DNA from: a bacterium
GTDB taxonomy: Bacteria > UBA8248
Length of the DNA: 64,000 nt
Reading direction: 5' to 3'
NCBI GenBank assembly: GCA_965213625.1
Contig: CBDBZU010000004.1
Coordinates: 3,840,001 to 3,904,000, forward strand
Made by a program: the position numbers and the translations under genes. Every line of letters starts with the position of its first letter. Within the stretch, counting starts at the first letter, position 1. Below the pieces are notes generated by a model. The model saw only the letters and a list, made by a program, of their open reading frames with translations, was not told where the DNA came from and made no database searches. Of the stretch, positions 46,067-56,744 are shown in pieces.

Positions 46067-46238
46067 ACCGATTCCTCCGAAAATCTTTCTCTTTAACCGG
46101 TATTGAGTCGTCCTTTCGACAAGAATTGCAACTCAATACTCATTTACACATCTGCGTGGCGACCATCCAGAATTCTATGACCCGCATCCACTCCCTTAAC
46201 CAAGATACTTAAATATCCATCATACACAGGCAAGATAT

Positions 46239-47177
46239 TCAGTTGAACTCGCCCAGGGCAGTAACTGTTTTCTCCAGACTTTGTATGTCTTCCACATTAT
46301 TCACCGGTATATCCTTCAATATCCGCCTATTCAATCCTGAGAGCACCTTCCCGGGACCCAACTCGACCATCACATCGGGGTTTTCCTCACCTGCTGCGCG
46401 TACGGCATCCTCCCATCTCACGGGAGAGCGAACTTGCCGTTTGAGCAACTCTCTAACTTGTTTTCCCTTCCGAACGGGTTGAGCGGTCACATTCGCGTAG
46501 ACGGGGATTGCAGGATCATCAATCTGCGTTCCATCGAGAACTTCACTCATCCGCTCCGCAGCTTCACTCAGCAGAGAACAATGGAAGGGTGCTCCTACGG
46601 GAAGCATGACAGCCTTCCTGGCTCCTTTGTCTGTCGCCAGCCGCGCGGCCGATTCCACCGCATCCTTGTCTCCTGACAATACATATTGGCCGGGGGCATT
46701 ATAATTTGCAACCTCCACCACGCCTTCCACTTCTTCACATATGGCCTCGGCCGCTTCTCTCTCGATGCCGAGCAAGGCCGCCATGGCGCCCCCCCGCTCG
46801 GGTACGGCCTCGTGCATGAAGCGGCCTCTTTTCTTCACCAATTCAACGCCCGTCTGGAAATCTATGGCTTCAGCCGCCAGAAGGGCGGAGTATTCCCCCA
46901 AACTATGCCCCAAGGTCAGAGAAGCCCTGAATCCGCGCTCACGCAGCAGAGTACAAGCGATATAGCTATGAACCAGAATCGCAGGCTGGGTGTGACAAGT
47001 GAGCGTCAATTCCGATTTGGGACCCTCAAAGCTGAGCTTGGCGAGGTCCCACCCCAGAATATCGCTCGCCTGTTCATAGGCTTCTCGTGCGAATGAATAC
47101 TCATCATAGAATTGTTTGCCCATGCCGACATACTGCGAACCTTGTCCCGGAAACAAAAACGCAATTTTCACAGCCAT
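46239..47177 (-). CDS. fabD: Malonyl-CoA:ACP transacylase
   Basis: Motifs FPGQGSQ, GHSLGEY and APFH. Confidence 0.96.
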   Translation of the reverse strand: MAVKIAFLFPGQGSQYVGMGKQFYDEYSFAREAYEQASDILGWDLAKLSFEGPKSELTLTCHTQPAILVHSYIACTLLRERGFRASLTLGHSLGEYSALLAAEAIDFQTGVELVKKRGRFMHEAVPERGGAMAALLGIEREAAEAICEEVEGVVEVANYNAPGQYVLSGDKDAVESAARLATDKGARKAVMLPVGAPFHCSLLSEAAERMSEVLDGTQIDDPAIPVYANVTAQPVRKGKQVRELLKRQVRSPVRWEDAVRAAGEENPDVMVELGPGKVLSGLNRRILKDIPVNNVEDIQSLEKTVTALGEFN

Positions 47178-47281
47178 CTAGCAACCCTTACCTACGGCAT
47201 GAGCGGCAAAGCTTGAATTAATTTTGCTCGCGATTAAAACAGGGCGGGGGTGAAGCGAAATCATTCCTGGCGTTTATATCA

Positions 47282-48271
47282 TTAATTCCATTCGACCAAG
47301 GCCGCACCCCAAGTGAGACCTCCGCCGAATGCAGCCATGAGCACATTATCTCCGCTACGAATTTTCCCCTCCCTCACCGATTCATCCAGCGCAACCGGGA
47401 TGGTGGCCGCGGACATATTGCCATATTTGTTAATCGTGATTATCACCTTGTCCATGGGCAATTTAAGCCGTTTCGCCACGGCTTCGATAATCCGCAGATT
47501 CGCCTGATGCGGGATAAACACGTCAATATCATCTAGCGTTAGGCCGCTCCGCTCCAGCGTTTCATTACAGACATCCTGAAAATAGCGCACAGCCGTCTTG
47601 AACGTCTCCTGCCCTTTCATTTGCAGCAAGTGTTCTTTGTTATGCACATCGTCCGGCGTCATCGGGGCGAATTTCGAGCCACCGCCAGGTACCAGAATAA
47701 GCTCTCCCCCTTTCCCGTCGCTATACACCCTGGAATCCATGACGCCTCTCGTTCCATTCTCCGACGCTCCCACAACAACGGCGCCCGCTCCATCGCCCCA
47801 CAATACGCAGGTTCCCCTGTCCTCCCAGTTCGTCACCCGCGTCATGACGTCGGCGGAAACCAGGAGCACCTTTTTCATCATGCCTGAGCGAATGTAGGCG
47901 TCAGCCGCTTGAAGCCCGTATACGAAGCCCGTACAGGCCGCATTCAGGTCGAACGCTGCGGCCCTGTGCGCACCGATATGCGACTGAAGCCAGCAGGCGG
48001 CTGCCGGGCACATCGTATCCGGCGTTAGGGTGGTTACGATGATGAGGTCGATTTCCTCAGGCCCCACACCTGCGGCTTCAAGCGCCTGATTGGATGCATG
48101 AATGGATAGATGAGAAGTCGCTTCGTCGGCTCTCGCCACACGCCGTTCACTGATTCCCGTTCTCTCACGAATCCACTGGTCGCTGGTATCGACCATTTTT
48201 TCCAGATCGGCGTTCGTGAGGACTCGCTCGGGGACGTAAGAGCCCGTCCCCAGGATGACGGAGTGGGTCAC
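47282..48271 (-). CDS. fabH: Beta-ketoacyl-ACP synthase III
   Basis: Motifs AACTGF, PHQAN and GNMSAA. Confidence 0.96.
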   Translation of the reverse strand: MTHSVILGTGSYVPERVLTNADLEKMVDTSDQWIRERTGISERRVARADEATSHLSIHASNQALEAAGVGPEEIDLIIVTTLTPDTMCPAAACWLQSHIGAHRAAAFDLNAACTGFVYGLQAADAYIRSGMMKKVLLVSADVMTRVTNWEDRGTCVLWGDGAGAVVVGASENGTRGVMDSRVYSDGKGGELILVPGGGSKFAPMTPDDVHNKEHLLQMKGQETFKTAVRYFQDVCNETLERSGLTLDDIDVFIPHQANLRIIEAVAKRLKLPMDKVIITINKYGNMSAATIPVALDESVREGKIRSGDNVLMAAFGGGLTWGAALVEWN

Positions 48272-48338
48272 AATAAGATTCCCTATTTGGGCGAGATTAC
48301 TGCCAAGGTTTCATCGTAGTCGAAAACAGGCTCGGATA

Positions 48339-49460
48339 TCAAGAGGTCAATTTTTCTTCATCTTCTTCATCGGCGCTCTTTTTTTCTTCCCCTGTAACCT
48401 TTTCGTAAAAAATGCCCGTTCGTATCTGATTCCACAAACGCCAGCCGACGTCACCGCTGCGCTGTATGGAGATATGCTTGTCAATCTCTTTTTGAATCTT
48501 CGTATTCAGTTCGACCTTGACGATGCTCGCCGTCGTGCGGATGGCGTTTTTCACGGCCTTCGAGTTGCTGCGGCCATGTCCAATTGTGCAAATTCCACCC
48601 AACCCCAGCAATGGCGCTGCTCCGTATTCGGAATAATCCGTCCTTTGGCGCATAGATTTCAGGCCATTCTGCAAAAACATATATCCAATCTTGCTGCGCA
48701 CCGAACCCACGATTTGCTCTCTGAGCAGCGTCGTCAGCATTTCGCTGAGGGATTCACTCACCTTCAAAGCCACGTTTCCCGCGAATCCATCGCACACGAT
48801 CACATCCGTGCCGCCTTGAAAAATGGTGCTCCCCTCGACATTGCCCACAAAATTCAAATCACTCTTCACAAAAATCTCATGAACCGACTTGAGCACGTCG
48901 GTTCCCTTGGAATCTTCTCCCCCCACGTTCAACAGACCCACCGTGGGCGCGGGTTTCTTGAACACTTCTTCGGTATATACGGATCCCATAACGCCGAATT
49001 GGAACAAGTGCTGCGCTCGCGGGGTCAGATTCGCTCCCACGTCCAGCATGACGGAAAAGCCTTTAAGAGTGGGGATTAAAGCAGCAATGGCGGGCCGCTG
49101 AACCCCCGGCATACGCTGCAATACGGACAGACCCGTGGCGAAGGCGCCTCCGGTGTCACCTGCGCTGAACACCGCCTGCGCCTCATCGTCCTTGACCAAC
49201 TGAAGAGCGATGCGCATGGACGAATCTGGCTTGGACTTCACCGACTTCGTGGGTGACTCGCCCATGCCGATGACTTGACTCGCCGAGCGAATATCGAAGG
49301 TGTCCTTGGGGGCTCCGAGACGCGTGAGTTCCGCCTCGATTCGCTCCGGCGTACCCACCAAGATGGATTCGATACCCTCTTCACGGTGAGCGTCCAACGC
49401 TCCTTCTATGATTGCCGAAGGCGCGTTGTCTCCCCCCATGGCGTCTATCGCTATTTTCAT
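48339..49460 (-). CDS. plsX: Phosphate acyltransferase PlsX
   Basis: Motifs IAIDAMGGD, LDVGAN and CDGFAGNVALK. Confidence 0.95.
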   Translation of the reverse strand: MKIAIDAMGGDNAPSAIIEGALDAHREEGIESILVGTPERIEAELTRLGAPKDTFDIRSASQVIGMGESPTKSVKSKPDSSMRIALQLVKDDEAQAVFSAGDTGGAFATGLSVLQRMPGVQRPAIAALIPTLKGFSVMLDVGANLTPRAQHLFQFGVMGSVYTEEVFKKPAPTVGLLNVGGEDSKGTDVLKSVHEIFVKSDLNFVGNVEGSTIFQGGTDVIVCDGFAGNVALKVSESLSEMLTTLLREQIVGSVRSKIGYMFLQNGLKSMRQRTDYSEYGAAPLLGLGGICTIGHGRSNSKAVKNAIRTTASIVKVELNTKIQKEIDKHISIQRSGDVGWRLWNQIRTGIFYEKVTGEEKKSADEEDEEKLTS

Positions 49461-49481
49461 AATCTCTTCCAGCGGTAGTTT

Positions 49482-49661
49482 TTATTCCTTCACTTCCAGA
49501 ACTTTTTGCCCCTTGTAATACCCGCAGGTATTGCACACCCGGTGGGGCAACACCGGATTATTGCAATTCGCGCAAACCGCAATCGACGGTTTCGCCACCT
49601 TATAGTGTGTTCTTCTTTTACGGCCTCGCGTCTGCGAGTGCCGACGTTTGGGAAGCCCCAC
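49482..49661 (-). CDS. rpmF: 50S ribosomal protein L32 (absent from the ORF track)
   Basis: Hand translation (V/M)GLPKRRHSQTRGRKRRTHYK...CANC...PHRVCNTCGYYKG; AAGGAG RBS. Confidence 0.95.
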   Translation of the reverse strand: MGLPKRRHSQTRGRKRRTHYKVAKPSIAVCANCNNPVLPHRVCNTCGYYKGQKVLEVKE

Positions 49662-49804
49662 AGCACTGCACTCCTTTCACAATAATACGTTAAACACGAG
49701 CAATTCCCGCCGATTTCCTCTCGGCCTCATGCCCGGAAACAGAATCAACATATTCTACCACATATTTCAAAATTGAGATTCCACGCTCACGAGTCATTCA
49801 AAAA

Positions 49805-50341
49805 TCAAGCTGAGCCTCCAGGTTTCCAGCCTTTGAGAGGCCCCCACCGCGGGTCCGACCCCGCGCCTACGACGACGGATTCCCCCTCATCGAGTTTCCG
49901 GCAGGTTTCAGGCGCTTCTCCCAGGCATTTAACAGGACATCGGGGCTGAATGGGTATCGCCAGCCCGATTTGATCGCGAACGGGCGTCGTCAAGTCCACC
50001 GTTTCATTTTCGATGTATGCGACCTCGAGGTCTTCTTCATTTAGTTCAACTTCACCTTCTGAACCGGAATCTTGCGGCAAACGCGAAAAATAGACAGGCA
50101 GAGGCTCATTGAATGAGTGCACAAATTCCGCCAGCCCTAAAGAACACTCCAACGTTAACCGACCTCTCAGCCGACCCTGGAAACTCACCTCATCAGAGCC
50201 AGTTTTCTCCAACTTGCCGATGAGCTTTAGACTTGAAGCCCGGAACCAATCTTCCTCCAAATCTTCCATTTCCAAATCCAGGTCAACATCCAGGCCATTA
50301 TCCGGAATTTGGGAGAGAGGAAATTGAAGTATTTTCCCCAT
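49805..50341 (-). CDS. yceD: YceD/DUF177 family protein
   Basis: Upstream of rpmF; motifs EC..LA.F, VDL...RDQI.LAIP..P.C...C and DPRW.PL. Confidence 0.8.
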   Translation of the reverse strand: MGKILQFPLSQIPDNGLDVDLDLEMEDLEEDWFRASSLKLIGKLEKTGSDEVSFQGRLRGRLTLECSLGLAEFVHSFNEPLPVYFSRLPQDSGSEGEVELNEEDLEVAYIENETVDLTTPVRDQIGLAIPIQPRCPVKCLGEAPETCRKLDEGESVVVGAGSDPRWGPLKGWKPGGSA

Positions 50342-50532
50342 ATCGTTTCCCCAGAGGAAGTGCGTCACAAGATGGGTTCGCGTTGCGACTTCATGTCGCA
50401 TCGGGCCCCTATCCACAACGCCTAGTTTCGAAATATAGGAAGGCGGGGAAGCAGTGTCAAACAACAAAGCGCAAGAGGGTATAACGAGACTTTCTAAGAT
50501 TCATCGAACCAACTCACGCTTCACAATCAATA

Positions 50533-51492
50533 TCAACAACTCTGAGCGCTAGACTTCAATAACTCCAAAAGCCTTCCCTCGCGAACACCGCCGGTCGATA
50601 CGCCTAACTCCTTCTTACGCCCCCACCGCAATAGCGCACGCACGACAATAAGTCCGGCGAGCGCGACATCTTCCCGTCCCGACTCGAAACCACGCAACTC
50701 TTTCCTTTGCTCGAAAGTCAGCCCGGCGAACCGACCCACCCATACTTCGAAAAAAACGCTTGGGAGCGATAGCCCATCTACACGCCCACCCGGCGGCGCG
50801 CCTTCAGTCACAAACCATGCCAGCGCCACCACTCCCCCACAGCCGATAAAGGGGAGTTCCGTCAGCTCCGCCTCGCCGAAATCAACATCCGCCAGCATCT
50901 CCTCCACCGCCTTTGAGCAAGCCCGCACCTGTTCATCAGGCGTGGGCATTGATTTCAGGTAATGCTCCGTCAGATACACCACGCCGGCGGGAAGGCTCAC
51001 CATTTCCCGAACCTCGCCACTTTCGGAGAGCATTACTTCCAGGCTTCCTCCGCCGACATCGAATACCAACGCGCGCTCGGGTTTACACGCCTCTTCGGCG
51101 AAAACTCCGGCCAGCGCCAGACGCGCTTCCTCCTCCGGTGGAATAACGCGCATCGCAATCCCCAGTTGTGAGGCGCGCGCAATGAATACATCCGCGTTTT
51201 GCGCCTCACGCAGCGCGCTGGTCGCAAGAGCATCGACAATGTTCACGCGATTCTCACGAATGATTTGCGTAAACCGGGAAAGACAGGCGAGTCCTCTTTC
51301 CATGGCGCTCTCGGATAGCTGTCCGGTTTCGTGAACCCCCTCACCCAGGCGTATCAGTTCACGCCAGCGGCCCCGCGATTCCAGCCTGCCCGCATCATCG
51401 AGCGTGGCGAGCGCCAGACGGGCCGCGTTCGTGCCCAAATCCACCACCGCGGCAAGCGGGGCCGAGGCGTCGGGGCGGAGTTGTTCAGACAT
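50533..51492 (-). CDS. ppx: Ppx/GppA family phosphatase (short form)
   Basis: Motifs VDLGTN, ATSALREA.N, EEARL, DVGGGSLE and GVREG. Confidence 0.88.
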   Translation of the reverse strand: MSEQLRPDASAPLAAVVDLGTNAARLALATLDDAGRLESRGRWRELIRLGEGVHETGQLSESAMERGLACLSRFTQIIRENRVNIVDALATSALREAQNADVFIARASQLGIAMRVIPPEEEARLALAGVFAEEACKPERALVFDVGGGSLEVMLSESGEVREMVSLPAGVVYLTEHYLKSMPTPDEQVRACSKAVEEMLADVDFGEAELTELPFIGCGGVVALAWFVTEGAPPGGRVDGLSLPSVFFEVWVGRFAGLTFEQRKELRGFESGREDVALAGLIVVRALLRWGRKKELGVSTGGVREGRLLELLKSSAQSC

Positions 51493-51516
51493 GAAAAGAG
51501 AGGATTTCTGGCGTGG

Positions 51517-52032
51517 TCAAGAATTTCTGAAACGTTCTTTGTTGTTCATGTAAGAGACGGCCGCGTTCTTGAAACGCTCTATTTCCTCATCGCTTAGATC
51601 GCGAACATATTTTGCAGGCGCGCCCAGCCAAAGGGTGCCTGGCTCGATCACTTTGTTCTCGGGCACGACGGCGCCAGCTCCCACGACGGCGCCCTCACCC
51701 ACCTTTGCGTTGTTCAGCACGATGGCGCCCATCGCGATGACGGCACCGTCTGCCACATGGCACCCATGCACGATGGCCATGTGGCCCACCGTAATGTCGT
51801 CGCCCAACACGCAGTCGTATTTGCCGCTTTCGATGTGAAGAACGGAGCCGTCCTGTATGTTGGTGCGCTTTCCCACGCGGATGGGCATATGGTCCCCGCG
51901 CAGAACGCAATTGTACCAGACGCTGCTGTGCTCGCCGATCTCAACGTCGCCGATGACGACGGCGGTCTCCGCCAGCCAGGCGGTTTCATGAACTTTCGGC
52001 AACACTCCCTCAAAGGGAATCAACATGAGCAC
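51517..52032 (-). CDS. Gamma-class carbonic anhydrase family protein (YrdA-like)
   Basis: Motifs VLRGD, NIQDGSVLH and GH.AIVHGC; hexapeptide repeats. Confidence 0.9.
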   Translation of the reverse strand: MLMLIPFEGVLPKVHETAWLAETAVVIGDVEIGEHSSVWYNCVLRGDHMPIRVGKRTNIQDGSVLHIESGKYDCVLGDDITVGHMAIVHGCHVADGAVIAMGAIVLNNAKVGEGAVVGAGAVVPENKVIEPGTLWLGAPAKYVRDLSDEEIERFKNAAVSYMNNKERFRNS

Positions 52033-52056
52033 CTTCTCCCTTGTTTCGTACTCAGC

Positions 52057-53559
52057 TCAAAGACGTGATGTTCGCTTTTCCGCGGCGCCGAAGAACGTCT
52101 CGTGGGCCGCGGGTGAAGCACGAACTTCCTTCAGGAGGGGTATATTGTCAAACATCGTTCGCCGCTCGTCCAGAATCCTTTTGAAAGCCGGACGCAGCGA
52201 ACTGGGAAGCGGCATTCCTTTGGGAAGCTCCGCTTTCAGGGGGTCCAAATAACGTCCCCTGTGAGTGATCCGGTAATCGAGATGGGGGCCGGTGGACAAC
52301 CCGGTCGAGCCCACATAGCCGATCACATCGCCCTGAACAACCCTTCTGCCCGCGCGAATCCCGCGCGCGTACCGATACAGATGGAGATAGGCGGTTCGAT
52401 ATCCTCCGCCGTGGCGCAATTCGATTGTCTTGCCGGCCTGGTGTTTGCGGCCCGCCCAGGCGACGACCCCGTCGGCGACCGCATGGACAGGCGTGCCCCG
52501 AGGCGCGGCGTAGTCAACGCCAAAGTGGGGGCGGTAGCGCTTGAGCAGGGGATGAAAACGCCGCTTCGAGAAACGCGAACTGATTCGCGTATAGCGCAGC
52601 GGAGAACGCAAAAAGGCGCGCCTCAGGGATTCTCCCTCGAAATTGTAATACTTCCCGCCTGCGTGCTTGAAATACACTGCGGTGTGCCGCCTGTCCCCCA
52701 CGATGAACTCAGCCGCCAGAATCTTCCCGTAGCCCGTGAATTCATCCCTTAAATGCTTTCGCTCGACCAGGACTTCCACCTCGTCTCCACTTTTCAAATC
52801 CTTATGAAAATCAATAACATATGCAAATATTTCACTTAGCTTGTACACCAGTACGGGAGAGCCGCCGCTATCGGCGATGGCCTTGTACAAGGAACTGTCG
52901 ATGCGGGATTGAATGCGAACGACATCGATGGAATAGGGGATGGCCTCTTTCTTGGCTGTCATCGTCCCGCTCGGTGTTCGCCAGATTCTGAGGCGACTAT
53001 TATTGTTTAGTTGAAAAACGAATTCACGGAATTCGCCGTCTTTATTGCTTTTTCTCACCTCATACCTGCGACCCGCCCGTATGCGCGAAAAAATACGTTT
53101 ATTGCGGACGCTATCCAGGACTTTCTGAATCTCCGACCGGCGCACCTTATGCGCCATCAATACGCCGATGACGGTGTCCGCTTTAGAGAATTTGCCCGCT
53201 TCCGTTGTGAGTATTTCTTCTTCTGGAGGACTCTTGATTGGCTGATTCTGAGCGGCTTTCTTCAGTGCATCTTCTTGGGATTCCTCACGCAACTTATTCC
53301 GTGGCGCCGGGGTGAACCCGCGGCCCGGCGCGGCTTCTTTTTTCACTTTCTTGAGCGTTCGTTCTCCGTGAGACGCATCACGAGTTGCAGGAGCTTTTTC
53401 GGACGAAACCGGCGGTGGAGGCATGACGGAGCGGACGCTCAAAAAAACGCCGACGCCCAACACCAGCAACACGCCTGCCAGGCAGAACTTCGCAGAACGA
53501 GTGCCGGGTTTTCGTGTGGAGCCGGATTGCTTGACGAGACGCGCTGCCTTCCTGCGCAT
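52057..53559 (-). CDS. M23 family peptidoglycan DD-endopeptidase (MepM-like)
   Basis: N-terminal TM segment; motifs RFHP....PHFGVDYAAP, YLHL and GSTGLSTGPHL. Confidence 0.9.
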   Translation of the reverse strand: MRRKAARLVKQSGSTRKPGTRSAKFCLAGVLLVLGVGVFLSVRSVMPPPPVSSEKAPATRDASHGERTLKKVKKEAAPGRGFTPAPRNKLREESQEDALKKAAQNQPIKSPPEEEILTTEAGKFSKADTVIGVLMAHKVRRSEIQKVLDSVRNKRIFSRIRAGRRYEVRKSNKDGEFREFVFQLNNNSRLRIWRTPSGTMTAKKEAIPYSIDVVRIQSRIDSSLYKAIADSGGSPVLVYKLSEIFAYVIDFHKDLKSGDEVEVLVERKHLRDEFTGYGKILAAEFIVGDRRHTAVYFKHAGGKYYNFEGESLRRAFLRSPLRYTRISSRFSKRRFHPLLKRYRPHFGVDYAAPRGTPVHAVADGVVAWAGRKHQAGKTIELRHGGGYRTAYLHLYRYARGIRAGRRVVQGDVIGYVGSTGLSTGPHLDYRITHRGRYLDPLKAELPKGMPLPSSLRPAFKRILDERRTMFDNIPLLKEVRASPAAHETFFGAAEKRTSRL

Positions 53560-53765
53560 CACGATTCCTTTCGCAAGATCAGGCGGACATCGCAAAAACA
53601 GTGGGTTCTAACAGAATTCCCCATCTTTCTGTTGAGGTTTGATGATAGCAGATTTTCCAAAATTTTCAAATTTGAATTTTGAGCGCCTCCCGAATGAAAG
53701 AGCTGCGCGGGCATTCATCGACCACTCTATATTTCCTGCATCTATTTCAATTGTGCCTCTTCCAC

Positions 53766-53783
53766 GCATTTGCCCGCATTTGC
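53766..53783 (+). repeat. Left copy of an 18-bp imperfect direct repeat flanking the tail cassette
   Basis: GCATTTGCCCGCATTTGC here versus GCATTTGCCCGCAATTGC at 60629. Confidence 0.6.
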
Positions 53784-53911
53784 GAGGCGAACGCTCCTCT
53801 GCATATTCCATATATTCCATGACCTCGGGCATCCTCCCGCCCCGGAGTGATGCCAATACACGACGGAGAATGCTCCTCCTTGACAGGGAATATCTCCCCC
53901 AGGAGAGTGGA

Positions 53912-54991
53912 ATGGGACATCGCTTCATGTATCAAAATCTCATCGATGACGAGACCACCATCACCGCCACTTCCGTGGATAAGGGATTCGTCGGCGCGGG
54001 CGTGCCCCGCGTTGCGGGCGCGGGCGGTTCGATGATCTTCTCGGGCGCCTACGCCGGAGAAGACCAGGAAGTCTACTCCGTGGAAATCGAAGCTCAGGGT
54101 GATGTGGGAAACGCCCGCTTCAGGTGGCGCAAGACGTCGACCCCCACGAGTGGCTGGGAAGCATCGAACATCCTCACCTCCCGGACGGATTTCTCCCTCG
54201 ATTCGGGCGTGAAGGTCCGTTTCGTAGATGGAGTGGATTCACCCGCGTTCACTGTAGGCGATCATTGGCAGGCGACTGCGAATCGTTATTTCTCCTCAAG
54301 AAGAATTTACGATCTCGATCCCGCCACAAAGGTGAGAAGCGCCTCTCCGTCCGAAGACCCCTGGTCGCTCGACCTCGATTTCGGCGCGCAGATATCTCCC
54401 GACGCATTCATCGCCCACCTCCACAATTTCCCGCCCGGAACGAATCTCAGGATCCAGGCGAACGCATCCGCGGACTGGCGCGCGCCCGCACTCGACGAAA
54501 GGCTCACCTGGCGCAGCAACACGCTCATCCACTATCTCGCCACAACGCCGCGTACGTATCGCCACTGGCGCCTTTTGGCCGAAGGCGCCGCCGCCAGCCG
54601 GGATGCGTATCTGCAAGTATCGGAAATCTACCTGGGCGGCTTTTTCGAGCCCGCCGATCACTACTGGTTCGGAAACGTGGTGGGAGAAGAATCTTTCGAG
54701 GAACAAGGACGCACGGAAAACATGGCGGAGCGTCCCGTGCTCTTGAATCGCGGCCGCACGGTCACCCTACCTTATGAGCGCATATCGGATGCGCAGCGCG
54801 AAAAATTTCTCACCATGTACCGGACGATAAAGGACATCGAAGCAGGGCGGGCGAAACCGATCTTCGTTCATCTGGACGTGGACGACCCCGCCTCGATCAT
54901 TCTCGCCCACCTTATAGGCGGTTTCCTGCCCCGCCAGACGGGCCCGGACGATTTCTCCTTTGAATTCGCACTCCGGGAAAGACTCTCATGA
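53912..54991 (+). CDS. Phage minor/distal tail-like protein with a beta-sandwich domain
   Basis: AGGAGAG RBS and ATG 53912; the pattern LDFG....DAF....HN...YRHWRL...L.V.EIYLG is typical of siphophage tail proteins; context. Confidence 0.55.
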   Translation: MGHRFMYQNLIDDETTITATSVDKGFVGAGVPRVAGAGGSMIFSGAYAGEDQEVYSVEIEAQGDVGNARFRWRKTSTPTSGWEASNILTSRTDFSLDSGVKVRFVDGVDSPAFTVGDHWQATANRYFSSRRIYDLDPATKVRSASPSEDPWSLDLDFGAQISPDAFIAHLHNFPPGTNLRIQANASADWRAPALDERLTWRSNTLIHYLATTPRTYRHWRLLAEGAAASRDAYLQVSEIYLGGFFEPADHYWFGNVVGEESFEEQGRTENMAERPVLLNRGRTVTLPYERISDAQREKFLTMYRTIKDIEAGRAKPIFVHLDVDDPASIILAHLIGGFLPRQTGPDDFSFEFALRERLS

Positions 54992-55521
54992 GACGCGCCA
55001 CGGATCAGGCAGTTAAGGATATTGCGGGCCACGAGGGGAAAACCGCGTTCGTCCTCTATCACATCTCCACCGCGGGCGGGAAGCGCGTGTTCTGCGGAAA
55101 GCAGGTTCCCGACTCCCTGATCGGGCAAGGCGGGAGTATCCATTTCCTCGACGGATCGAGGATTCTCGATGGCTCCCTTCTCCTAGGAGAGGGGGTGGAA
55201 GTGCTCTTAGGCGTTCACAATTGGATAGAAGACGGCGGGCGCTTCTCTCTCGGAGCGTTTCATGGCCTCTCCATTCTCGAGGCATTCAGAGAAAAGGAAC
55301 TCTCCGGCCTCTCGATTACCATCAACAACGCTCCCGACATGGACAACCACCCGCGCATGAGCCGCATCCTCGCAACAGAGCCGTTCGTGGGCGGGAGGGT
55401 CGACGTGCGCGTCGGGTTTTCAGGACAAAACATATCCGACGTTCTTTCAATTGGGAGTTTCACCATCCGCCGGATCATCGAGCGCATCGATCTGGTCACC
55501 ATTGAATGCGAGGGCAACTAG
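54988..55521 (+). CDS. Phage tail-associated hypothetical protein (hub N-terminal part?)
   Basis: ATGA overlap with the previous gene; LDGS..LDGS motif; context. Confidence 0.45.
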   Translation: MRRATDQAVKDIAGHEGKTAFVLYHISTAGGKRVFCGKQVPDSLIGQGGSIHFLDGSRILDGSLLLGEGVEVLLGVHNWIEDGGRFSLGAFHGLSILEAFREKELSGLSITINNAPDMDNHPRMSRILATEPFVGGRVDVRVGFSGQNISDVLSIGSFTIRRIIERIDLVTIECEGN

Positions 55522-56733
55522 ATGAGTGAGAAAACGACGGACCGTCTCTCCGATGTCTTCCATATAGGGCGCGCTTCCAGGTACGCCGACCCTGAATTCG
55601 AAGACCAGAGCCTCCCCATCATCTATGGGGATTTGACCACTCCTTCTCGCGAGAACACAGGCGTCTACGAGCCTCCGAAAATCGACACCGCAGACGACAG
55701 CGTCTACTGCGTGGCCGCCCATGAGATATCGGGCGCCGTTGCTCTTTTTGACGACGATGGCCGCATCGAGCCGGAAAACTACACCCTGGAACTCTCCCGG
55801 AACTATCAGGGCAGAGGCGAAATCGCTACGGCCACTTTCGCCGAATCGCCGAAGGGGCGCATGACCGCCGTCTGCAGAGGCAGGAAAAACGAAAGCGGCG
55901 AACTCATCGAAAACCCCGCCGAAATCGTTTATGACCTCATGACGAGCGTCTGGGGATTCAGTGGACAGGATATCGACATGCTGGCCCTCTCGCGCGCGGC
56001 AACCAGCGCGGAGGCGCTCGGCTACCGGGCGAGCGGAATCATTCTGGATGACCATGCGCCCGCCGACGTCCTCACCGCGCTCTTGGGCGATTTCCTCGGG
56101 CGGTACGAAGTCGACCCGTTCGGTCGCTTGAAAATCCACATCGCCGGAGGGGAATCTTTCGCTAACTCGCCACAAAAGGTTCTACCCTGCTTCGGCCAAT
56201 CGCGCATCGAGGCGGAGATGGCGCGAGACACCGTCATCAATCAGGCGCCGGTGCTCTATGCAAGAGATTATCCAGGCGCGCGCTACATCAAGCACGACGA
56301 CGGGAGCGCCACCGAAAACAGATCCTCCCAAAGACTCTATGGCGTCAGGAGACCTCCTCAAAGCCCGCTCAGGCTCGAATGGGTCCGTCGCGAGAGCGTG
56401 GCCGCCACGGTTCAATCGCGGATCGTGGAGCGCTATCACGAACCCACCCGCATACTCAGCATCGAGGACGGCTCTTTGAGAGCGCTCGAAATCGAACCGG
56501 ACGACTACGTGGCGTTCAGCGTGCCCTGGATGCGCTCGAAACAACTCGAACCCCTCGTGAATCAAATCGGGGAGGTAATCGAGGTGAATTACGACCTGGG
56601 CGAGCAGGGCATGGAACTCAAAATTCGGGATACCGGTTTTTTCCTGACGACTTCCTGCCTTCTGGACGGAAGCAAAACACTCGAAGGCGGCTGGCTCCAG
56701 GGTGCCGAGCGCGACGCCGCCACCTACGCATAA
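55522..56733 (+). CDS. Phage tail tip / baseplate hub-like protein
   Basis: Motifs LPIIYGD, GRKN..G.LIENPAEI..DL, SQRLYG and LEIEP.D.V, a layout typical of tail hub proteins. Confidence 0.55.
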   Translation: MSEKTTDRLSDVFHIGRASRYADPEFEDQSLPIIYGDLTTPSRENTGVYEPPKIDTADDSVYCVAAHEISGAVALFDDDGRIEPENYTLELSRNYQGRGEIATATFAESPKGRMTAVCRGRKNESGELIENPAEIVYDLMTSVWGFSGQDIDMLALSRAATSAEALGYRASGIILDDHAPADVLTALLGDFLGRYEVDPFGRLKIHIAGGESFANSPQKVLPCFGQSRIEAEMARDTVINQAPVLYARDYPGARYIKHDDGSATENRSSQRLYGVRRPPQSPLRLEWVRRESVAATVQSRIVERYHEPTRILSIEDGSLRALEIEPDDYVAFSVPWMRSKQLEPLVNQIGEVIEVNYDLGEQGMELKIRDTGFFLTTSCLLDGSKTLEGGWLQGAERDAATYA

Positions 56734-56744
56734 AGGAGAATACG

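Noticed and set aside
53639-53911. N-terminal extension of the first tail gene, and likewise 56379-56744, 29734-30090 and 63070-63219
   Set aside because: Better RBS-supported starts lie downstream; the extensions cross intergenic repeats or neighbouring genes.
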